Below are positions 57,051 through 64,000 of a stretch of DNA of 64,000 nt, in pieces (position 1 is the first letter of the stretch; every line of letters starts with the position of its first letter). The notes under the pieces were generated by a model. The model searched no databases and had not been told where the DNA came from. It saw only the letters and a list, made by a program, of their open reading frames with translations. This DNA comes from a virus: IMG/VR virus record IMGVR_UViG_3300017991_003989, positions 5,960 to 69,959 of that record. One strand, 5' to 3'. Position numbers and translations under genes: made by a program.

Positions 57051-57914
57051 GTGAGTAGCCTTTGGGCACCGTGGACGTCTGACGTTCCATTTAACAAGAT
57101 AAGAGCGGCAGCTTATGTTGGGTATGCCGGTTCTAATCTTGATATGATAGGAGATGGTGAAGAGAAATTCGCCGACGAAATCGGTGGCATGCGAACTTTC
57201 GATGATAAATACGATGTAATGGGCATCGATTTTATGCGATATGAAGTGAAGAAGCTGACGTTGAGTGGACCGAAAAAGACAAATAATTTTCGGGCTTCAA
57301 TTGCCGGTGAAGCGTGCCAGGAACTCATCACTCGAGTAAAGAAGATAACAGAAGAATATGATGCTGTCCATAACGTGCTTGGTATAGGACACGGTGATAA
57401 TGCTGCAAGGTTTGAAGCGATATCTGAGAAGTTTTACTGTGGGACCGTGAGAGCAAAGGCTTTATTTGGGTATGAACCCATTTGGAGGATGCCAACTATA
57501 GGATTGAAACAGCTTATATTCAACGTTCACCATGCAATGACAGGCATCGAAGAAGGAAAGAAGTTTGAGGCTATCATAGGTGATAAGCTGATTGAAGACA
57601 TCGATGCGAAGAAATATGTAAGAATGATGCATGCGGCCGGGCTTGAGCCGACGGAAGCTACCGATGCAGAGATAGCATTCGCATTCGTAGATGACCCTGC
57701 ATTTTTCGACCCATCAGAGCTAGATAGGCTTTGGAGGGCGGTCAAACCGTCATCTGTTATTCTTTCGCGTGCTGATAGGCTCGTCTTCGTCGATGAGATG
57801 AAGGGATATTGCATTGTTCCAAATGACATGCTTGACGAGCTCGTCATATTCATGGGCATCGGATATGCAAAAGATGTGTCATTTCGTGCTGTGAAAGAAA
57901 TAATTTTAATGTGA
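57051..57914 (+). CDS. Hypothetical protein, weak PD-(D/E)xK nuclease-like motif
   Basis: KYDVMG...RYEVKK; GTAATTA motif ends 4 nt before the GTG start. Confidence 0.45.
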   Translation: MSSLWAPWTSDVPFNKIRAAAYVGYAGSNLDMIGDGEEKFADEIGGMRTFDDKYDVMGIDFMRYEVKKLTLSGPKKTNNFRASIAGEACQELITRVKKITEEYDAVHNVLGIGHGDNAARFEAISEKFYCGTVRAKALFGYEPIWRMPTIGLKQLIFNVHHAMTGIEEGKKFEAIIGDKLIEDIDAKKYVRMMHAAGLEPTEATDAEIAFAFVDDPAFFDPSELDRLWRAVKPSSVILSRADRLVFVDEMKGYCIVPNDMLDELVIFMGIGYAKDVSFRAVKEIILM

Positions 57915-58423
57915 GCTGGAATGTCATCTCAAATGGCGACGGGTTGGTTCTTCTAAATGGAGAAGACACAATTGTTCGTGGCAATAAGATGGTGAAAGAC
58001 GAGCTGATCGTTGAAATACTATTAAATGTCGAAGAGATGGGAGTTCCAATAGAACTAACGAAGGGACTAAAGGAGATATATTTCACATACCTCAAAGGAA
58101 ATCTTGAGGCGACATACCTCGATGGAAAGATAATTGTATCGTGTAATAGGAAACATGTGAAGGAAGCTCACCTATCGTTCATACATGAGTTGGGACATCA
58201 CATTGATGAGAGGGAAGCATTCACTGATATGGAGGAGCTCGTCAATGAATGGACGAGCTTGTCAGGGACTTTCGAGGAATATCACGTTGACATAGCGAAG
58301 GATAACGGTTTGGAAGAGTATTTTGCCATAGGATTTGAGGCTTACTACTCTGGTCTCATCGATTTGAGTGAACATAAGTTCCTTCGTAAATGCGTTGAAT
58401 GGGCACACTCTGGCATCAAATAA
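57911..58423 (+). CDS. Zincin-like metallopeptidase
   Basis: FIHELGHHID (HExxH) and EEYFAIGFEAYY. Confidence 0.7.
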   Translation: MSWNVISNGDGLVLLNGEDTIVRGNKMVKDELIVEILLNVEEMGVPIELTKGLKEIYFTYLKGNLEATYLDGKIIVSCNRKHVKEAHLSFIHELGHHIDEREAFTDMEELVNEWTSLSGTFEEYHVDIAKDNGLEEYFAIGFEAYYSGLIDLSEHKFLRKCVEWAHSGIK

Positions 58424-58457
58424 GTTCAACTAGTGTGCTTCGTAGTGAGTTGCATGC

Positions 58458-58464
58458 CTATTTA
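58458..58464 (+). promoter_or_regulatory. TAnTTA candidate promoter (CTATTTA)
   Basis: Intergenic, upstream of SSB. Confidence 0.45.
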
Positions 58465-58529
58465 TAGAGCCGCACAGGAATTGGCCAATTTCACTAGTTC
58501 GGACACTTTTCACTTTAGGAGTTTTTGGA

Positions 58530-59381
58530 ATGAATTTACAAGAAATTCGCGACCGGCTTAACAAGCTTAATACTAAGACGAGTAAGAAGAACGATTTGTG
58601 GAAGCCGAAAGATGTTCATGTCATTCGATGTCTTCCATATCCCCACGGAGAAGAGCCATTTTTGGAGCTGGGGTTTCACTACGAGCTTGGCAAGACACGT
58701 TCTATTCTGTGTCCAAAGTTCAATGACGGCGACGATTGCGCTGTGTGTGACTTCGCTGATAAGCTTCGAAATTGGAATGACGAAGATGGAAATGAAAAAC
58801 CGGAAGTCGTACGTCGTGCTGACTTCGAAATTTTTAAGAAAATCCAAGTCAAGGAACGTTACTATGTTCCCATGGTAGAGCGCATGCCTGACGGCAGTTT
58901 GAGCGCACCGAAGTTCTGGGCATTCGGTCAGGGCATCTACAATAAGCTTCTTGAGATGTGCCTCGACGAGGAGATGAATGAGGATCGCTCCGAGGACCAG
59001 CAGGGTTCAGCAGTGCTGACCTGCATCGATAGCGCTTACGACATCAACATCAATTTCAAGCAGCCGAACAACGCTGATAAGAAGGGCAACGAAAAGAAGT
59101 TCCCTGTCACTGACATCAAAGAGAAGAAGAAACCGTCTCCGCTTGGTCTTTCAAAGGCAGAGACAGATGAACTTCTCGCCAAGGTGCCGAACATCGATAA
59201 TGTCTATGACAAGGTGTCGTCGGCGGAGGTCGAGAAAATCTTCAACGACTTCGTCAATGAAGGTGCTGCTGAGGTTGAAGTTAAAGATGACGGTGTTGAA
59301 TACGAAGCTAACAGTGCTGAAAAACCTGTTGAGGGCGGACAGTCCATCGACGAGGCATTCGGCGAGATGGCCAGCGAATAG
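58530..59381 (+). CDS. Single-stranded DNA-binding protein (gp32-like)
   Basis: LWKP, IRCLP, FHY, CPK...CAVC, ERYYVP, KFWAFG, acidic tail ending IDEAF. Confidence 0.8.
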   Translation: MNLQEIRDRLNKLNTKTSKKNDLWKPKDVHVIRCLPYPHGEEPFLELGFHYELGKTRSILCPKFNDGDDCAVCDFADKLRNWNDEDGNEKPEVVRRADFEIFKKIQVKERYYVPMVERMPDGSLSAPKFWAFGQGIYNKLLEMCLDEEMNEDRSEDQQGSAVLTCIDSAYDININFKQPNNADKKGNEKKFPVTDIKEKKKPSPLGLSKAETDELLAKVPNIDNVYDKVSSAEVEKIFNDFVNEGAAEVEVKDDGVEYEANSAEKPVEGGQSIDEAFGEMASE

Positions 59382-59455
59382 CAAGTAACACGGCTCGAGG
59401 AGGTGATGAGATGGACATGGCACCTCCTCGAGCCTGAGTTGTCGGAGGAACATGA

Positions 59456-59923
59456 ATGACAAAATATGAAGTAACGGGCGCTGGCGATTTATTTAATGGA
59501 CTTATAGTGGAGGGTACGGTAGTTCACTATGATGATTGTGATTTGTTAGTCGTACAAGCAGTTAGCAAGATGAACGATAGGCTGAGACAATTTGTCATAG
59601 ATGTTCCCACTAACAGCATCATGTTCGATACTAAGGCATTAACGTTGGTAATCGATGACGATGCAGAGTTCGATACGAGCAGCCCATTTGGAAAACTGAT
59701 ATCAGATGGAAGAATAGAACACGGTGACACTACTCTTACGTGGGCACATTACGAAGATGCAATGTCTATGAAGGTCGCAGAGCGTGGGACGACGCTCTGC
59801 GCATACAATTTCCTTAGCGATGAAGAAATCATGGCTGCTTTGGTGCTCGTGTCAAACCTCTCGATTGAGACGGGATATGACTGGGACGACTTGGTGTTTG
59901 ATGTGGCGGGGATAAAGGGATGA
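59456..59923 (+). CDS. Hypothetical protein
   Basis: GGAGG SD; coupled to recA. Confidence 0.55.
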   Translation: MTKYEVTGAGDLFNGLIVEGTVVHYDDCDLLVVQAVSKMNDRLRQFVIDVPTNSIMFDTKALTLVIDDDAEFDTSSPFGKLISDGRIEHGDTTLTWAHYEDAMSMKVAERGTTLCAYNFLSDEEIMAALVLVSNLSIETGYDWDDLVFDVAGIKG

Positions 59924-61080
59924 GTGAAGAAAGGAAAGGCGACGTAAACCAGGAGGAAATGACGAAGTTCCTCATCAGGTCAATGAACAAGGGCGAGGAC
60001 CTTCCTGTTGCCTTCAACCTCAATGAGCCAAATCCGACTGACATCAAGGACTTCATCTCGACGGGCTCCACTCTGCTCAATTATCTCATCGCCAACAAGC
60101 GCGATGGCGGCATTCCGATGGGAAAACTGACTGAGATTGTCGGCGAGGAAGCGTCGGGAAAATCCCTGCTGGCAACTCAGATACTCGCCAACACTCAGAA
60201 GAAGGGCGGCATCGCTGTTTATCTCGATACGGAAAATGCGGCCAATCCTGACTTTATGAAGCGTGTGGGACTGGACATAAGCAGGCTCGTGTATATGCAG
60301 CCCGGCTCCATTGAGGACTGCTACGGCGCAATTGAGAAGACCATTCTGATGGCGAGAGCGAAGAATACGACGTGCCCTGTCACCATTGTGTGGGACAGCA
60401 CGGCGGCCACGCCAGCGCAGGCGGAGATTGAGGGAGACTACAATCCGAACTCTCGCATAGGTTTGGCGGGAAAAGCTCATGCGAAGGGCCTGAGGAAAAT
60501 AACTCACATGGTCGGTGTCGAGAAGATAACGCTAATCTTCTGCAATCAACTCAAGGTAAAGATTGGCGTCTTGTATGGAGACCCCATGACGACGCCGGGC
60601 GGAAAGGCCGTGCCTTACCATGCATCAGTTCGCATTCGTTTGACGAAGTCGAAGGCAATTGACGAGACGAAGAAGGCAAAGGACAGCGATAAGAAGCTAA
60701 AGGAGACGACCGGCTTCCACACTTACGCTAAGGTGTTCAAGTCTCGCCTCGGTCCGCCGATGCGCAAGTGCGAGTTCGACATCCTGTTCACGCATGGAAT
60801 AGATGATGTAAACTCCATCAGGGATTACCTGTGGGAGAAGCGGGGTGTGATAACGAAGTCAGCGGGATACATGAAGATGATGGACCACAAAGGTGAGGAA
60901 AAGAAATTTAGGGCCAACGATTGGTCGAAGATGATGGAGGATGACGACTTCAGTGGATACGTTTATGACCTCCTTGAAAAATTGTTGGTCATTAAATACG
61001 ATGACGAAGATATTCCCGACGCAGAAATCGATGCTGATAGCTGTCTAGAGATGGAGAGTGCAGTAGAGGGGAACGTGTAG
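59920..61080 (+). CDS. recA: RecA/UvsX-like recombinase
   Basis: ISTGSTLLN, GGIPMG, EIVGEEASGKS, YLDTENA, IVWDS, FCNQLK, TTPGGKAVPYHASVRI. Confidence 0.93.
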   Translation: MSEERKGDVNQEEMTKFLIRSMNKGEDLPVAFNLNEPNPTDIKDFISTGSTLLNYLIANKRDGGIPMGKLTEIVGEEASGKSLLATQILANTQKKGGIAVYLDTENAANPDFMKRVGLDISRLVYMQPGSIEDCYGAIEKTILMARAKNTTCPVTIVWDSTAATPAQAEIEGDYNPNSRIGLAGKAHAKGLRKITHMVGVEKITLIFCNQLKVKIGVLYGDPMTTPGGKAVPYHASVRIRLTKSKAIDETKKAKDSDKKLKETTGFHTYAKVFKSRLGPPMRKCEFDILFTHGIDDVNSIRDYLWEKRGVITKSAGYMKMMDHKGEEKKFRANDWSKMMEDDDFSGYVYDLLEKLLVIKYDDEDIPDAEIDADSCLEMESAVEGNV

Positions 61081-61509
61081 ATGGCATTTGGAACTGCATA
61101 TAAGGCAGGTCAGACGCTTCGCTTCACCTACAACAGTGAGAACGTTAGGGATAGGTTCAAGGAGGTGTTCGTCCTTCAACCGAATTTCCAAGGGAAGATG
61201 CATGCCATCGACCTGAAGCGTCTGACGGAGGCCGAGCGCCGCACGCTCTACACTGTCATGGATCCGAAACAATATGGAAAGAGGAACAGAATTCCGTTGG
61301 TGAACGACATCTTTCTCAGGATGAATCCATCGGAGGAGATAAAGAACCCACTGGGATTTTACGTGAAGTTCGTGAAGCCATTCCTTAGATACACTGACGC
61401 GTATCGAACATACTATCCAATGAAGATGGCCAGCGTGCAAGTAGTAAGACAGACTGAGCTGACCGATAAGGCAGCGCAAAATTCAAAGCCGCTCTTTAAG
61501 AAATTATGA
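61081..61509 (+). CDS. Hypothetical protein (weakly T4 gp2 DNA end protector-like)
   Basis: HAIDLKRL...AYRTY pattern; weak resemblance only. Confidence 0.4.
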   Translation: MAFGTAYKAGQTLRFTYNSENVRDRFKEVFVLQPNFQGKMHAIDLKRLTEAERRTLYTVMDPKQYGKRNRIPLVNDIFLRMNPSEEIKNPLGFYVKFVKPFLRYTDAYRTYYPMKMASVQVVRQTELTDKAAQNSKPLFKKL

Positions 61510-62465
61510 GACATCTCATCATCGACGGACTGAACTTTTTCATCCGTTCATTCACCGTCAATCCAAGCATGGACACGAACGGGAACCACATCGGCGGAAC
61601 TATCGGCTTCCTGCTTAGCCTCAACAAGTTGGTGAGGGAGACTAAACCAGACCTCATCACGATAGTGTGGGACGGAGAGGGAGGTTCGGTCAAACGTCGC
61701 TCTCTCTTCAAAGATTATAAGGCTGGCAGAAAACCAAAGTTAAATCGCCAGTATGACTTCGGTGACGCAGATGACCAGATGAGAAGCTTTGCCGAGCAGA
61801 TAGGAAAGTTAAACAAGTATTTAGATATGCTCCCTGTCAGAACGATTAGGATAAAGGGAGTGGAGGCAGATGATGTCATAGCGTATATGTGGGGCTTTGT
61901 GTTAGATAAACAAGATGAGAAGGTCATCGTTTCTAGTGATAAAGATTTCTACCAATTGCTTGACCAGAATACCACCATATACGTTCCGACAAAAAAGAAA
62001 TACGTATGTTCACAAGACATCGTAGATACCATCGGCTGCCTACCGGAGAACTATATCTACATCAAGGCGCTTTGCGGTGACAGAAGCGATAACATCAAGG
62101 GCATACGCGGCATCGGTGAAAAGACTGCGATAAAGCTATTCCCGTTTCTCGGTGAGCGGCAAGTAGAACTTGATGAGCTTTTCAAATATGCGGAGGCCGC
62201 TGGGGACAAAAAAGCCAAATACGATAGCGTCATAGCTAACCGTGAGATAGTTATTACCAACGTGCGCTTAATGCAGTTATCAAGTCCGTTGATGAATCCG
62301 ATGGCTGCGAAGTCAATAAGGGAGCACGTAAACGAAGACAGCTTTTCATATAGACAATCAGACGTGAGGATGCAGTTAATCCGCGATGGCCTGCAGATAA
62401 AAGCATCTGATTTCTTTTCGGTGTTCAAGGAACAACGAAACCGTTCGAACAAAACGTTCGGATAG
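61506..62465 (+). CDS. 5'-3' exonuclease / flap endonuclease (Pol I N-terminal domain, T4 RNase H-like)
   Basis: LIIDGLN, IVWDG, YKAGR, VEADDVIA, SSDKDFYQL, GDRSDNIKGIRGIGEKTA. Confidence 0.93.
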   Translation: MRHLIIDGLNFFIRSFTVNPSMDTNGNHIGGTIGFLLSLNKLVRETKPDLITIVWDGEGGSVKRRSLFKDYKAGRKPKLNRQYDFGDADDQMRSFAEQIGKLNKYLDMLPVRTIRIKGVEADDVIAYMWGFVLDKQDEKVIVSSDKDFYQLLDQNTTIYVPTKKKYVCSQDIVDTIGCLPENYIYIKALCGDRSDNIKGIRGIGEKTAIKLFPFLGERQVELDELFKYAEAAGDKKAKYDSVIANREIVITNVRLMQLSSPLMNPMAAKSIREHVNEDSFSYRQSDVRMQLIRDGLQIKASDFFSVFKEQRNRSNKTFG

Positions 62466-62476
62466 GGAGACGACGA

Positions 62477-63850
62477 ATGAGTGACACCCTCGATTCGAAA
62501 GCCATAGGTGACAGTAGATATCAGGAGAAGACTGTCCAAGCTCTTCTCCAGGACCATGAGTATGCCGAGCAGATATCTGACGTGCTTAAGGCCGAGTTCT
62601 TCGACCAGAAGCACCTGAAGGAAATCGTCGAGGTATATTTTTGGTATCGTGAAAAGTACGACGCATTCCCATCCTCAGAGATAATTGAAGAGGCCATGCG
62701 AAAGAACGGAGCTTCTGACGTGATAAGGACGCAGGCGACTGCATTCTTTCAGCGCTCGGAGGATACACCGCTGAATGGCGACATCGGTTTCATCAAGGAT
62801 ACATCACTCGAGTTTTGTCGCAAGCAGGCGCTCATCGGTGGCGTGACAGACGCACTTGACCAGATTGAAGTGGGTAACTTCGATAGCGTCTTGAAGGTCA
62901 TCATGGATAGTGCCAGCAAGGGAGCGTCCAGAGACATCGGGCACGACTACATGGAGGGCTTTCAGACCCGTAGTGAGAAGAGCATCAGGTCTCCTGTGCC
63001 CACACCGTGGCCGGTGCTCAACGATATTTTCAACGGTGGCTGGGAGCGTGGGACGCTTGCTACGTGCATCGCTCCGACCGGTGCCGGCAAGACGCACTTT
63101 CTCTGCAATGTATCGGCCGGGGGCATTGCGGCAGGACACAATGTTTGTTACATCACGTTGGAGATTGCCGACTTTAAGATTGGTCTTAGGCATGATGCAT
63201 ATTTTTCTGGGCTAAAAATAAACGACATTCCCGGCGAGATGGAGCAGGTCGAGGAGCAGGTGAGGGGGACAGTGAAGGGCCGCCTGTTCATCAAGGAATT
63301 CCCGACCAAGAGAGCCAGCGTGCAGACAGTAAGGGCGTATCTTCAGAGGTTGAAGGCACTCAAGGGCTTCATTCCCGACATCCTCGTGCTCGATTACGCT
63401 GACCTCCTGAAGTCCTCGAGGACCTACACGGAAAAGAGGCACGAGTGTGAGAGCGTGTACGAGGAGCTCAGGGGGCTGGCGAACGACCCAGAGTTCAACA
63501 AGATGGTCATCGTCACCGCCGACCAGTCGAACCGCGGTGGGCTGGACCAGGAGGTCGTGACCATCGCCTCCATCGCCGAGAGCTACGCGAAGGCGACGGT
63601 GTGCGACCTCATCCTGTCGGTGAGCCGCAGGCTAGAGGACAAGGCGACCAACACGGGACGCCTCGCCATTCTCAAGTCGAGACTTGGCCCCGACGGCATC
63701 GTGTATCCATTCATGATGAACACCGCCACGGTGAAGATGAGCATCATGAAGCAAGTAGAGACGGTCAGCCAGGCCATCGATGCGGGCGAGGAAGCGAAGA
63801 CGAACAACATCAGGGAACGAGCGAGGAAGCTCGCAAAGAAGCGGGCTTAA
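62477..63850 (+). CDS. Replicative DnaB-like helicase (gp41-like)
   Basis: APTGAGKT, YITLE, LFIKEFPT, VLDYADLL, TADQSNR, IAESYAK, KSRLGPDG. Confidence 0.92.
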   Translation: MSDTLDSKAIGDSRYQEKTVQALLQDHEYAEQISDVLKAEFFDQKHLKEIVEVYFWYREKYDAFPSSEIIEEAMRKNGASDVIRTQATAFFQRSEDTPLNGDIGFIKDTSLEFCRKQALIGGVTDALDQIEVGNFDSVLKVIMDSASKGASRDIGHDYMEGFQTRSEKSIRSPVPTPWPVLNDIFNGGWERGTLATCIAPTGAGKTHFLCNVSAGGIAAGHNVCYITLEIADFKIGLRHDAYFSGLKINDIPGEMEQVEEQVRGTVKGRLFIKEFPTKRASVQTVRAYLQRLKALKGFIPDILVLDYADLLKSSRTYTEKRHECESVYEELRGLANDPEFNKMVIVTADQSNRGGLDQEVVTIASIAESYAKATVCDLILSVSRRLEDKATNTGRLAILKSRLGPDGIVYPFMMNTATVKMSIMKQVETVSQAIDAGEEAKTNNIRERARKLAKKRA

Positions 63851-63872
63851 GCGCCCCTCGGAGGAAACTTGG

Positions 63873-64000
63873 ATGACGGCAGCTTACGGCCCTCAGGGCT
63901 TTGCGCTTGATATTTTTAGGAAGAGATACACGATACACGAGAATGAGACGTGGGATGAGGCATGCTGGAGGGTCGCCAATCACGTCTCGATGGCAGAGAA
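63873..64000 (+). CDS. Ribonucleotide reductase large subunit N-terminus (partial, probably class II)
   Basis: GGAGG SD then MTAAYGPQGFALDIFRKRYTIHENETWDEACWRVANHV. Confidence 0.65.
   Translation, partial: MTAAYGPQGFALDIFRKRYTIHENETWDEACWRVANHVSMAE

Noticed and set aside
13564-63850. Inteins in terminase, portal, RecA or helicase
   Set aside because: Lengths are normal and no C-x...HN-(C/S/T) splice motifs were seen.
1-64000. Numerous minus-strand and alternate-frame ORFs in the track (e.g. 51599..52444, 20424..21149, 53558..54241, 25101..25727)
   Set aside because: They lie opposite or inside well-supported plus-strand genes, show no recognisable motifs and read as antisense shadows.
1-64000. 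Alternative genetic code (stop-codon reassignment), as seen in some large phages
   Set aside because: Conserved genes are intact under the standard code, and TAA, TAG and TGA all end genes at expected positions.

Overview
A 64 kb, entirely plus-strand segment of a large lytic myophage with T4-like virion architecture. It carries terminase, portal, prohead protease, scaffold, major capsid, neck, sheath, tube, tape measure and baseplate genes, and a phage-encoded ribosomal protein bS21 just upstream of scaffold/capsid. Replication and recombination genes include RuvC-like resolvase, DnaG primase, fused SbcD-SbcC, a short family A polymerase, gp32-like SSB, RecA, 5'-3' exonuclease, DnaB helicase and the start of a ribonucleotide reductase. 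There are four free-standing homing-type endonucleases. I saw no CRISPR array, tRNA, rRNA, intein or recoded stop codon. The most notable observations are: (1) a directional [S/T]-[G/A]-S tripeptide concentrated in predicted surface-exposed virion proteins, a candidate virion modification sequon; (2) a 1185-aa pyrophosphatase/kinase/kinase/ADP-ribosyltransferase/nucleotidyltransferase polyprotein whose domain junctions resemble prohead-protease cleavage sites; (3) a probable +1 frameshift in the tail assembly chaperone; (4) a recurrent TAnTTA promoter-like element that would make the homing endonuclease mRNAs leaderless. All calls come from motif recognition by eye; no database searches were run.
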